Shown: positions 47,994-56,980, counted from the stretch's first letter. The stretch is 64,000 nt of DNA from a virus (IMGVR_UViG_3300015177_000008:47519-111518), one strand, 5' to 3'. Notes: a model not told the origin generated them from the letters alone. A program made the numbers and translations.

Positions 47994-49256
47994 ATGCCTT
48001 TTTTAATTTTCATTATTATACTACTGCTCACCGTGATTTTTTGGGATTGGGTTGTTTTAAATGGTCAAATTGTTGGAACATTGGCTACAGCATTTGCTTT
48101 TATAGCAACAGCATGGAATGCCTACGAAGCGAGAAAAAGTGCAAAAGCAGCTTTTTCAGCCCTTCAATTAACAACAGAATCATTGTTCGAAATGCGAAAG
48201 AGTGCATTTAAACAATGGTTTGATTCCTTATTAAATCAACATGATGAGCTATGTCTTCTTGCAAAACAAATTATCGATAAACGCAAAATTAATTTAAACA
48301 GCGATGAGTTACATAGACTATATTACCCATTGGTAAAACAGCATGAGGTAATACAGTATGTGAAGCATATTATTAATATTTTTGAGTATGTGGATAGTTC
48401 ATTTTATATTGATGGGGAATGTCTAAAGGAAAAAAGAGCGTATGTGTCACAATTAATTTTCAAAATCCCACCTCAGATGAAGTTGATTATTGCTATCTTT
48501 GGATTAAAGATCGATTATTGTGAACATATTAATTCGGGAAAACTGTGTTGTTTATTAAATAAATATGATTTTTTCAATGATGAAATATTTTTTGATGATG
48601 CTTATTCAGATATGCCTTATCTGGATGCATTCATAAACCTTAGATTCAACAAAATATTCAAATCTCGAATGATAAATTATTTTGATAATATCATTAAAAG
48701 TTATTATGTTCCATCGGACGTTAAAAGGGACTGGATGTTTCGAGACCCAAAGCTCGTACCGTCGGTTCTTATGAATTATAAAACTCCTTGTTCTCCTATA
48801 ATTAATGATTACTTTGAGAAGTTGCCTTTACATGTAAGAGACTACTTTGAGAAAGTACTTAAAACTGCGCATGATAGAGTTACTAATTTTGATGCTTACA
48901 TCCCACGCCTTATTGGTTGTTCAATCGTACAACGTTACGAAGATGTACCTTCCGAAAAAAACAGGTTAAATGACAGGAACGATGTAATAGCTATGGCTGA
49001 AGATTACATCGAGAAAAGGAGATCTAATCAACTAGATTACAGACTTGAAAATATATACTTTAAGAGTGACAAAGATATAATCCCAGGCCACAATTTGATT
49101 GTGGCATTTGATGACTATGAATATAAATTAGCACTAATTAAGATAAATGAAAATAAAGATAACGGCAGTCTTTTACATCGAATTTACATTGAATCTTGTG
49201 ACATGGTTAAAGAATATAAGCGCGAAATATTAAAACTGGGCGACTATGTAAAGTAA
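47994..49256 (+). CDS. AT-rich membrane-anchored protein of unknown function
   Basis: 420 aa; two N-terminal TM helices then an Ile/Lys/Asn/Tyr/Phe/Asp-rich domain; GC clearly lower than the backbone; followed by a strong terminator. Confidence 0.5.
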   Translation: MPFLIFIIILLLTVIFWDWVVLNGQIVGTLATAFAFIATAWNAYEARKSAKAAFSALQLTTESLFEMRKSAFKQWFDSLLNQHDELCLLAKQIIDKRKINLNSDELHRLYYPLVKQHEVIQYVKHIINIFEYVDSSFYIDGECLKEKRAYVSQLIFKIPPQMKLIIAIFGLKIDYCEHINSGKLCCLLNKYDFFNDEIFFDDAYSDMPYLDAFINLRFNKIFKSRMINYFDNIIKSYYVPSDVKRDWMFRDPKLVPSVLMNYKTPCSPIINDYFEKLPLHVRDYFEKVLKTAHDRVTNFDAYIPRLIGCSIVQRYEDVPSEKNRLNDRNDVIAMAEDYIEKRRSNQLDYRLENIYFKSDKDIIPGHNLIVAFDDYEYKLALIKINENKDNGSLLHRIYIESCDMVKEYKREILKLGDYVK

Positions 49257-49271
49257 ATTGCACTGTTCAAC

Positions 49272-49302
49272 AAAAAAGGGGCCGAAGCCCCTTTGAATTT
49301 TG
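49272..49302. terminator. Bidirectional rho-independent terminator
   Basis: AAAAAA ggggc cgaa gcccc TTTGAATTTT. Confidence 0.7.
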
Positions 49303-49368
49303 CGCTGAAAAAAGTGTTGCTAGGATGTTAGCAAGCTATGGTTAAGAACGTCTGCCGTAATTGTCTAT

Positions 49369-49446
49369 CACAGCGTTGAGCGGTCTGGTTTATGTTAGCG
49401 GAGTCTTAATCGAGTTGATTAAAAGGCCAAACCGCTCAACGCTGTG
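49369..49446. repeat. Long hairpin A (16-bp perfect stem, 46-nt loop), 2 nt after tRNA-Ser
   Basis: cacagcgttgagcggt ... accgctcaacgctgtg. Confidence 0.55.
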
Positions 49447-49448
49447 TC

Positions 49449-49535
49449 TGGCGGAGAGTAATGGAATCGAACCATCATCGCTTGCGCAATGGGACGGTTT
49501 TCAAGACCGCTTGAGCACCATGCTCCCTACTCTCC
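49449..49535 (-). tRNA. tRNA-Ser (anticodon UGA), type II
   Basis: Manual fold: acceptor GGAGAGT/ACTCTCC, anticodon loop CTTGAAA, long variable arm, T-loop TTCGATT, discriminator G, encoded CCA. Confidence 0.7.
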
Positions 49536-49679
49536 GGCCGTTGTGGTGGCCGGTACTGAATCTCCGGCATACGGTGCAGCCAATTAGGACTACGGACGAT
49601 CACCGCTCGCGAAAGGGAAGATTTGCGGCCGCATTTCCCTAACATCCAAGAAAGCTATCGCATCAGTCTGCGAATCCAC

Positions 49680-49759
49680 CACAACGGTAAGATCACTACC
49701 TTTCGACCAGTCATTGTGCACATGAACGACGATTAACCGTAATGATCTTATCGTTGTGT
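49680..49759. repeat. Long hairpin B (16-bp stem, 1 mismatch)
   Basis: cacaacggtaagatca ... tgatcttatcgttgtg. Confidence 0.5.
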
Positions 49760-49809
49760 TGTGAAGCCAGATGCTTATCTTCTGGTTGCTTCAAAGAGCT
49801 GCACTTCCT

Positions 49810-49897
49810 CACAACGGTAAGAGCACTGGTCTGACTCTATCGATTTACGGGCTTGTGGGTCAGTATCGCCGATTCGCCCAATGCTCTTACCTGTTGT
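49810..49897. repeat. Long hairpin C (16-bp stem, 1-nt bulge), 2 nt after tRNA-Thr
   Basis: cacaacggtaagagca ... tgctcttacctgttgtg. Confidence 0.5.
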
Positions 49898-49899
49898 GT

Positions 49900-49975
49900 T
49901 GGTGCCGGTTAACGGGATCGAACCGCTGACATCCTGCTTACAAGGCAGGCGCTCTACCAACTGAGCTAAACCGGC
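49900..49975 (-). tRNA. tRNA-Thr (anticodon UGU)
   Basis: Manual fold: acceptor GCCGGTT/AACCGGC, D-arm GCTC..GAGC, anticodon stem CCTGC/GCAGG with loop CTTGTAA, T-loop TTCGATC, encoded CCA. Confidence 0.8.
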
Positions 49976-49977
49976 AT

Positions 49978-50052
49978 TGGCGATGGTGGGTGGATTCGAA
50001 CCACCGACCAGTTGGTTAACAGCCAACTGCTCTACCGCTGAGCTACACCATC
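49978..50052 (-). tRNA. tRNA-Asn (anticodon GUU)
   Basis: Manual fold: acceptor GATGGTG/CACCATC, anticodon stem GTTGG/CCAAC with loop CTGTTAA, T-arm GGTGG TTCGAAT CCACC, encoded CCA. Confidence 0.8.
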
Positions 50053-50319
50053 AATTCAGCACTGACAGTATTTATTACTCAACAGTGCCAATCGCGGCGG
50101 TGTTAGTTTCTGCCAGGAAACGCACCGCTACTTGCACTTTTCGTTAGTGCCAGACGCTTTCGACTTCGCTCAATAGTAGAAGGCAAAATCTTTAAGTAGA
50201 TGATGTTTCTGAGGACAGCACCTACTTTGTAATTTATACAATGTGATGTATGGAATCATTTGTTGTGAAAACAGGCACCAATGGCAACAGTGGTTAAACC
50301 TACACAACAATCCTGTCTT

Positions 50320-50441
50320 CACAACGTTGAGGCCACTACTCCGATTGAATGTTTGCCCAACATGTTACATATCAACGCTCGCCGGTATCTCTGTGAATAG
50401 AACCTTAGAATTGATAAAAATGTAATGGCCTCAACGTTGTG
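50320..50441. repeat. Long hairpin D (15-bp perfect stem, 92-nt loop)
   Basis: cacaacgttgaggcc ... ggcctcaacgttgtg. Confidence 0.5.
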
Positions 50442-50800
50442 TGCTGGCTAACCATACCAGCCGGGCTACGTCGCCGCTTTTTAACCCAGTATAAACGACA
50501 TAATTGAACAAAATGACGTAACAGGATGGGCGGTCAGTGGCTAAGAATCCGGGAGTCATATGGAGTTGAAAATATACCAACCGCCCATTCTGTTACTTCA
50601 TCGGAGGGAACATTCATGTTCCCTCCTGCGTTCTGCAATCACACTCGCTCAGTGTGTCCCATTTCGGTAACGAGGCTGGAAACTGACCTCGCTGGTGTTT
50701 GGCTTATTAGGCTACTGCCAGATAGACTTCTTCGTTTGCACTTGTATTTAAGTTCAAACAGTCGCGTCTCAACGAAAACAAAGTCATCTTATACACAAAA

Positions 50801-50822
50801 GATAAGTAAGTAAATACTTATC
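50801..50822. promoter_or_regulatory. Class-2 AT-rich palindrome (perfect 8-bp arms)
   Basis: gataagtaagtaaatacttatc. Confidence 0.4.
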
Positions 50823-50831
50823 AATATGTTT

Positions 50832-51122
50832 TTATTCGGTTGTGACTTTTTTGATCAAGGCCACGCTGCGACTAGGTGTTCTTGTAATGGTGGCAGTGAA
50901 TCGTTTCGCTTGGATAGTAATGGTTTCGTTCTCCTTAAGTTGCCCGTAGCGAGTTTCCACCAGGGTGCCAAGACGCCACAGACCATCATCGATACGTTTA
51001 TGACTAGCAAATTTAATCAGCAACAGTTTTACGACTAACTGACCTACGTAAAAGGCGAATGCGACTCCGGCCGCTAAGAAATAGGTGGCCAACCACCATT
51101 CCCAAGAAGTTAAATTGCTCAT
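50832..51122 (-). CDS. Hypothetical membrane protein
   Basis: 96 aa with N-terminal hydrophobic segment. Confidence 0.4.
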   Translation of the reverse strand: MSNLTSWEWWLATYFLAAGVAFAFYVGQLVVKLLLIKFASHKRIDDGLWRLGTLVETRYGQLKENETITIQAKRFTATITRTPSRSVALIKKVTTE

Positions 51123-51271
51123 TTTTTCACCTTTGTTTCATGAACTACCCGATACACACGCTTTCCGATGCACAGTGTTTTGGTTTTAAGTTCCTGCTTA
51201 ATTAAATCACGACAGATGCCGAAGCCGATAAGGAAGCCACCCATAAAAGCTAATGAGATGTATGGAATCAT
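51119..51271 (-). CDS. Small membrane protein (50 aa)
   Basis: MIPYISLAFMGGFLIGFGIC...; ATGA overlaps at both ends; GGAG before the ATG. Confidence 0.3.
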   Translation of the reverse strand: MIPYISLAFMGGFLIGFGICRDLIKQELKTKTLCIGKRVYRVVHETKVKK

Positions 51272-51483
51272 TTTAACGCTCCTGATTCTACTAATTGCTG
51301 TAGCAATACTTTCCCTTTATCAGTTAACTGGTAGTTGGCCGAACACCACGTTTCAGAAACGTTTGCAACCAACCCTAAACGCTCTAACTTAGCTCGCGTT
51401 TTAGGCTTCCAGTACTCAGGGAACTCCGGCCACTTACTGATTTCATGAAGCGTTTCCTTCTCCCGTTTACTTAATACGATCAT
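51268..51483 (-). CDS. Hypothetical protein (71 aa)
   Basis: ORF in overlap-coupled chain. Confidence 0.4.
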   Translation of the reverse strand: MIVLSKREKETLHEISKWPEFPEYWKPKTRAKLERLGLVANVSETWCSANYQLTDKGKVLLQQLVESGALK

Positions 51484-51646
51484 CCTTAATCTCCTTCAGG
51501 GTGTTGGTTATTTCTACAATGCGATAAATACGACCGCGTCTTTCTATAACACCGCTTTTAATGTAGTCATTGATGCAACTGGACATCACCACAATACCTA
51601 TGAAAAAACCAACTGCTAAAAATGCAATCATCCAGCCGAGCATCAT
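51467..51646 (-). CDS. Small membrane protein (59 aa)
   Basis: MMLGWMIAFLAVGFFIGIVVM...; overlaps both neighbours. Confidence 0.3.
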   Translation of the reverse strand: MMLGWMIAFLAVGFFIGIVVMSSCINDYIKSGVIERRGRIYRIVEITNTLKEIKDDRIK

Positions 51647-52965
51647 TCTTTATCTCCGATTCGATCTTCTGTATCGCGTAAGCAACGCGGCCATTTCAGT
51701 CGTGGGTGGCGTAAGCTGCCGTCCGGTGTTTTCTCGTGACAATGAACCTCGACAATACGACCACGGTACTTCTCTTTGTTGTTCCAGATCTCATCCAGAT
51801 ATTTATGCTTAATGCCGCTCGCACGAACGATGACGCCGTTTTCAAGACGAATAACAATTTTTCCAAGTGTGTTGGCAAAACCAGAGTCCGGGTCGCCCGG
51901 CTCAAAGTCGATAATTTCACCATCTTCGGAATCTTCGTCTTTTAACTTCCACCAGCTGCGGGTACGTTTAAACTCGTAAACAGAGTTCGGATCTTTGCCC
52001 ATCTCCCCTTCTTCGTTATCGTCCAGGCGTTTCATGAAGCGTTCGATGAAGTCTTCGTGGCTATGGATGATATAGAACGGATGCAGGTGAATGTCTTGTG
52101 TGTAGCCTTCACTGCGATCGTTTTTGAACAACGCCACCAGCATAGCCAGGCGCTCTTTCAGCTTCATACCTGTCTTTGCATACTCTTTGGATTTAGCCTG
52201 TGCTCGCCATTCCGGTAGGAAGAAGTCGAAAACATGATAAATAGCGCCAATTGCCTGCACGTTCTTTTTGCGCAATGCAGATACGGACTGGTTAAATGAA
52301 CCGGCAGTTCCTTCACCATCGAAGAAGATGTGTTTGTGGCCTGAAAGTTTGCCTAATTCGAGCATTGCTGGCTTTAGGTGATCGAGAGACGTGATTGGAT
52401 TACCAGTACGAGAAAGGAAGTTAACCTCTTCCTCGTCAACAATAACCTCGCAAATTACTCGCAAACCATCGAGCTTAAGACTGCCAATCATCGGCCATTT
52501 TGCTTTAGGATTTGGCTTGAAGGGGTATTTGTCGCCTTTTTCTTTATACGGTGACGCCAGCTGCACCTCGAATTTCGGAATGGGATTTTCAAAAACCTTG
52601 TTGCATAGGCTAATCCCAACACCTGCTTTCGGGTCTTTTAAGAGGAAACGACGGAACACGTCCTGCCCATCGGCGCACATTGACGCCACGATAGACTCAA
52701 CAGCTGCTATTGCTGCGTTCCCCGTTAGCTCGCGAGAGGCCAGCTTATTCAGTACATCAATGGCTTTTTCGTCACTTGGGATGGACTCACTAAGCGGCTC
52801 TGCCACTTTGTATTTCTTTACCCCAAAACGGATGAAAGGGTTGAGCATCAATGAAACCATGCTTTGCTCGAAGTCATCCATGTTGGCCAATGCCTCTTTT
52901 TTTGCATTGGTTCCCATAGCTTTCATTTCGTCCAGCTTATGCTTAAGTGCGATCAACTTTTTCAT
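51643..52965 (-). CDS. ATP-dependent DNA ligase
   Basis: Adenylation motif I KLDGLR and downstream nucleotidyltransferase motifs. Confidence 0.8.
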   Translation of the reverse strand: MKKLIALKHKLDEMKAMGTNAKKEALANMDDFEQSMVSLMLNPFIRFGVKKYKVAEPLSESIPSDEKAIDVLNKLASRELTGNAAIAAVESIVASMCADGQDVFRRFLLKDPKAGVGISLCNKVFENPIPKFEVQLASPYKEKGDKYPFKPNPKAKWPMIGSLKLDGLRVICEVIVDEEEVNFLSRTGNPITSLDHLKPAMLELGKLSGHKHIFFDGEGTAGSFNQSVSALRKKNVQAIGAIYHVFDFFLPEWRAQAKSKEYAKTGMKLKERLAMLVALFKNDRSEGYTQDIHLHPFYIIHSHEDFIERFMKRLDDNEEGEMGKDPNSVYEFKRTRSWWKLKDEDSEDGEIIDFEPGDPDSGFANTLGKIVIRLENGVIVRASGIKHKYLDEIWNNKEKYRGRIVEVHCHEKTPDGSLRHPRLKWPRCLRDTEDRIGDKE

Positions 52966-53444
52966 TGTTGTTTTACCTCCATATGTTGATCGATTTGCTC
53001 ATGTGTTTCTTTTGTTGTTTCTTCAAGCAACGCCGCATACACGTCAGTGATCGCTGTTTGTGATGTGGTGCTCTTCTTAACCATGCTATTAATCGTTACA
53101 CTGTCACGTTTTCGTTTTAAAGTTCTGGCTTGTTTATTCCGTTCTTCAACCTCCTTAATGAGCGCGGTCATATCTTCGAAATACAGAGATTCTCCTTTAC
53201 GAATCTCTTCAACCATCATTTTTAACGCCTTGCATTTGCCTGCTTTGATAGCGGTTGCGCACGACTGGAATGAAGTTCGAGGAAGACGGTTTTCTTTGAA
53301 GGCAAGAATGGTGTGCTGGCAAACGGAGTAGCTGCAATATGCCGACTCACCGTTTATCTTTACTTCCTCACAACGAAGTGAATAACCATTATTTCCTGAA
53401 ATAGAGGGGATTTTTGACAAATCAGCTTTCACAACTACCGCCAT
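52962..53444 (-). CDS. Hypothetical protein (Cys-rich N-terminal region)
   Basis: 160 aa ORF. Confidence 0.4.
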   Translation of the reverse strand: MAVVVKADLSKIPSISGNNGYSLRCEEVKINGESAYCSYSVCQHTILAFKENRLPRTSFQSCATAIKAGKCKALKMMVEEIRKGESLYFEDMTALIKEVEERNKQARTLKRKRDSVTINSMVKKSTTSQTAITDVYAALLEETTKETHEQIDQHMEVKQQ

Positions 53445-53454
53445 AAATAATCTT

Positions 53455-53467
53455 GTACTTACCTATC
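53455..53467. promoter_or_regulatory. Class-2 AT-rich palindrome (partial)
   Basis: gtacttacctatc. Confidence 0.25.
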
Positions 53468-53499
53468 GTTATTTGCGTAAAAAACGACGCGCGGAGAGA

Positions 53500-54282
53500 T
53501 TACCAACTTCCCCAGCTAATCATCTTGCGCTGATTGCTTTCTAAGCGATAGGGGACAAGAAGCTCTGTGACATGATTGATGGCGTATGATTTAGCCTCTT
53601 GCTCTATCATCGGTAATTCGTTAGCAATCCTGACCATCTTCCCAGCAAATTCCGCCATTACGCCATCACATGCCTTCCCAGCATCAATAACGATATGCAC
53701 CAGATCCAACTGGCTTTTGCACATGTCGCAAAGAGACGCATACTCACTCTCTCTGATTACATTTACGGCATCATTAGCCCCTTTATTAAGCAAGACTTCC
53801 AACAGGTTTGTCGGGGTAACGAAATCGGCTTTAAGTGACAATGTTCTCTCACCTTTTATCGACCGTAAGTACTCTTCGTAGTTTTGCTTGTCTTCCAGCA
53901 AAACTAAGCTATGCATAGTTAGAAGTGATTCTTGAATAGCCTCTTCAATAATACTGTCATTTGACGCACAAAAAACGGTATTTGTGTAGATCACTTTGCC
54001 ATCCATCCATGCCCCAACCTGCACTTTAAGACTGATCGGGTTTTCTTTGCTAATAAAAACAACTAATGCAGAACGCCGTGCACAAGAAGGTTCACCCCAT
54101 ACGTGTAACTCAACTTTCAGATAAGGTAGCCCTGGTAGCGGGATCTCAACCAAACGAGTGGCGATATGATCCATTGCTGTTTTTACGGCTTTTTCAATGA
54201 TGTCTAGCCGATTGCTCTCGCTGATTTCTAAACCAGTTTTATCAATGATGTCGCAGGCTAATTTCTGAATTTCGTCTTTCAT
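53500..54282 (-). CDS. Hypothetical protein
   Basis: 260 aa ORF. Confidence 0.45.
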   Translation of the reverse strand: MKDEIQKLACDIIDKTGLEISESNRLDIIEKAVKTAMDHIATRLVEIPLPGLPYLKVELHVWGEPSCARRSALVVFISKENPISLKVQVGAWMDGKVIYTNTVFCASNDSIIEEAIQESLLTMHSLVLLEDKQNYEEYLRSIKGERTLSLKADFVTPTNLLEVLLNKGANDAVNVIRESEYASLCDMCKSQLDLVHIVIDAGKACDGVMAEFAGKMVRIANELPMIEQEAKSYAINHVTELLVPYRLESNQRKMISWGSW

Positions 54283-54323
54283 ACCAACTCCTAGCTAACA
54301 GATGAAAGTATTCTTACAGAAAG

Positions 54324-54343
54324 ATAAGTAGTCATCTACTTAT
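54324..54343. promoter_or_regulatory. Class-2 AT-rich palindrome
   Basis: ataagtagtcatctacttat (8-bp arms). Confidence 0.35.
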
Positions 54344-54357
54344 TTTATCGGCGTTTG

Positions 54358-55539
54358 TTACGATAGAGCCTTAATGCCTAAAACCTTGCTTTGCAACTCC
54401 AACTGTTTGGTATACGGTTTTGCCCGATAATAGGCTTTGATAATTTGTTCTGGCGTTGCATCGCCGGGGTCGAGTCCTTCCTCGCCCAAACACGCTACTT
54501 TGACATTAAGACCAATACTGGTCAGTCGCCTGGCTGCGGCCATAGTGTTTCGTATAGCTTGCTTTTCACTATCCCACATCATGATCACATTACGTAATCC
54601 ACGCGCCTTGAGCGTCAGGAACGCGCCTAACTGATCTTCTGCATCCTGAGTGGTGTTACCAGATAGATGCATCCCGAACGTTCCTATCGGCTCCACGTAA
54701 TGACGTAATGTTTCTTCATCAAAAATAGCTCGTTTAACCCCCATAACATCGAACGCCCCCTCACAGACAACTACAGTCTGTTTGCCGACCGCATTATGGC
54801 CGTTGTAGAGAAATTTACCTGAAGCTGGAAGCTGCATAGGAAAGAGGTAGCGGCGTTCTGCTGTACCGGTAATGTCTCGTCCCTGAAATGTCTTCATTAC
54901 CCCATCCAGATCGTAAACCGGTATCAGTATTCGCATATCGAATATCTGCCCTTTGACCTGGTCTGTGTACGGATCGACGTATGCGTGCTTGCCTTCGACG
55001 CAGTAACGCAGATCAAAGTATTTGGCCAGATCCGGGGAGATATGGCGCTCCACCAGATAATCAGGAAGACGACCGTCAATGGGGAGTTCGTAATGTCGAG
55101 GGAGAGCTACTGGCCCTTCGAGTTCAACCTTGCTGGCCAGCACGACCTCTTCCTTCTTCGGCGCCCATCCTTGTGAGATCAGCGCGTTCTGCACATATTC
55201 CTCGAACTGTCGTCGTGATTTACCGCTGTAGTGCTTGAGGAAGACCAGCTTATTGAACTGAATCTCTTCGGGATGATCACCAGCAAAGCATTTGCCGACG
55301 CCACTGGTCAGATTGAAATATACCTTCCAGTTGGAGCTGCCACATACCGGACACTCCTTGATATTCACTTCACGACCGCGAGCACTCACGCCTCCACGTC
55401 GATAAACGATACCTTCAGTGTCCAACCATTGTTCAAAATCTAATTCGGTAATTAGCTCTTTCAGCTCGCTCACGATAATTCCACTTTTAATAGGCAATAT
55501 TGTGACCAACCTAAATGTTGATATAATATAAAGGTTCAT
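54358..55539 (-). CDS. DnaG-like DNA primase
   Basis: ATG at 55539 in context GAAAAACACATG; zinc-binding CPVCGSS...C..GDH and TOPRIM VVVCEGAFDVMG. Track ORF extends upstream into a hairpin. Confidence 0.75.
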   Translation of the reverse strand: MNLYIISTFRLVTILPIKSGIIVSELKELITELDFEQWLDTEGIVYRRGGVSARGREVNIKECPVCGSSNWKVYFNLTSGVGKCFAGDHPEEIQFNKLVFLKHYSGKSRRQFEEYVQNALISQGWAPKKEEVVLASKVELEGPVALPRHYELPIDGRLPDYLVERHISPDLAKYFDLRYCVEGKHAYVDPYTDQVKGQIFDMRILIPVYDLDGVMKTFQGRDITGTAERRYLFPMQLPASGKFLYNGHNAVGKQTVVVCEGAFDVMGVKRAIFDEETLRHYVEPIGTFGMHLSGNTTQDAEDQLGAFLTLKARGLRNVIMMWDSEKQAIRNTMAAARRLTSIGLNVKVACLGEEGLDPGDATPEQIIKAYYRAKPYTKQLELQSKVLGIKALS

Positions 55540-55591
55540 GTGTTTTTCTTTTGTGGTTTGGCAAAAGAAAAGTTGTTTCACCAATGAATCA

Positions 55592-55622
55592 AGCGTGGAG
55601 GTGTTCTCCACGCTTATTTTTT
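55592..55622 (+). terminator. Terminator-like hairpin oriented for the plus strand
   Basis: agcgtggag gtgtt ctccacgct then TATTTTTT; lies between the helicase stop and the primase start. Confidence 0.35.
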
Positions 55623-56961
55623 AGGTAACGTCTAAGATTCGCTCAATGAAGCGCATTTGTTCGAGGTTTTGTTTAACGCGAATGCTGATCCCTCCCTGCT
55701 GGTTACGAGAACCAGCAAAGTAGAGACGAGCCTCTCCTTTCGCTTCTTCTTCTTCGGTTTTGTTGATCGTTATTACCAGGTCAGCAATACGTACTTTTTC
55801 GATGTTGTCGGCGGCGTGCATCATTGTGGCAACTTCTGACGCGCCACCTTCACGGTTTGTCTGCGATGCCGTGATCCCAGCAACGTTATGCTTGTCATAA
55901 AGAGCACGTAAATCGGTGTAGATACTACGAATGTTAGCGCGATCATCACGAAGGTCATAACTGGCACGCATCAAATCTGCGTAGTCGACAACAACCATAT
56001 CAGGCACCATGCCATTGGCTTTCATGCTGTTAAGCATACGGTCCAGATCTGCCGGTGACATACTTCCTGACGGACGCTCAACCACCCACAAACTACCAAT
56101 CCCCTTCGTGGCTCCCAACTCTGCCAACTTACGATGAACCTCATCGCGCCGTTCCACCAGCTTGGACATTTCCGTCTCCGACAATCTTGCATCAAAACGG
56201 TCGGATAAAATGGTGGTGTGAACCTCCAGCGAGAGATACAGAACATTGTAGCCAGCAAGCGTAGCGTTTATGGAAAACTCACCCATTGCGGTCGATTTAC
56301 CGGATTTAGCGAACCCCATGAAGAGCACCATTTCACGCTTCGCCCAGCCTTTTTGGTACAGCAACCTATCGAGCAGAGGGAGTCCAGTTGTAATGCTGTT
56401 TGGCACATACTCCTCTGAAGCCTCATATTCACGCGCTTTCAATCGCTCACTTGCGGAGGTGTAGTAGTCATAGATTCCGGTCGCTTCGTTCGATCCAATC
56501 TGCTGAACCTTGGCCATTATTGACATCGCCCCCTGAAAGTCGCCTTTCTCTTTCAGTTCAGCAGCCTTAATCAGAGCATCATCAAACGCTACGCTTTTTG
56601 CGAAGGTTGATACCTGGTCAATCATGTACGAGGTATCGGACAATTTTTCTGCAAGGATGCGCTTAAACGCAGCAACAACATCGGCGAATAGTTCCTCACG
56701 GATAGTCTTATCGCGTTTCGCACGCTTAAGCATATCCAGAATCGCAGATGAAGAGGGCGCGCTCTTGTACATACGGTAATAGCCCGAAACCATATTAACC
56801 AATATGGCATTGGCCGCATTGGCAAATTGACTAGGCACAACAAGATCTCCCGCACGAGTAAGAAACTCGTGATCACGACAAAAATAGGCCGTCAATCTGT
56901 TCTGAAAATCTTCATCAAACTCTTCGGACAGCCCGCGTCCTGTATGGCAAAGTTCGGTCAT
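55621..56961 (-). CDS. DnaB-family replicative helicase
   Basis: Walker A GFAKSGKST and RecA-like C-terminal domain; start context GGAAAGCACATG; class-1 palindrome upstream. Confidence 0.85.
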   Translation of the reverse strand: MTELCHTGRGLSEEFDEDFQNRLTAYFCRDHEFLTRAGDLVVPSQFANAANAILVNMVSGYYRMYKSAPSSSAILDMLKRAKRDKTIREELFADVVAAFKRILAEKLSDTSYMIDQVSTFAKSVAFDDALIKAAELKEKGDFQGAMSIMAKVQQIGSNEATGIYDYYTSASERLKAREYEASEEYVPNSITTGLPLLDRLLYQKGWAKREMVLFMGFAKSGKSTAMGEFSINATLAGYNVLYLSLEVHTTILSDRFDARLSETEMSKLVERRDEVHRKLAELGATKGIGSLWVVERPSGSMSPADLDRMLNSMKANGMVPDMVVVDYADLMRASYDLRDDRANIRSIYTDLRALYDKHNVAGITASQTNREGGASEVATMMHAADNIEKVRIADLVITINKTEEEEAKGEARLYFAGSRNQQGGISIRVKQNLEQMRFIERILDVT

Positions 56962-56980
56962 GTGCTTTCCTTTATTTTTT

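Noticed and set aside
49361-49642. Plus-strand ORF of 93 aa in the track
   Set aside because: It overlaps tRNA-Ser on the opposite strand and hairpin A, and starts at a TTG; almost certainly not coding.
49775-50026. Minus-strand ORF of 83 aa in the track
   Set aside because: It runs through tRNA-Thr and tRNA-Asn and hairpin C; not coding.
49369-50441. Integron attC sites or MITE copies as explanation for the long hairpins
   Set aside because: The stem ends do not match attC core/inverse-core consensus, there is no intI, and the loops share no sequence as MITE copies would; left as an unexplained hairpin family.
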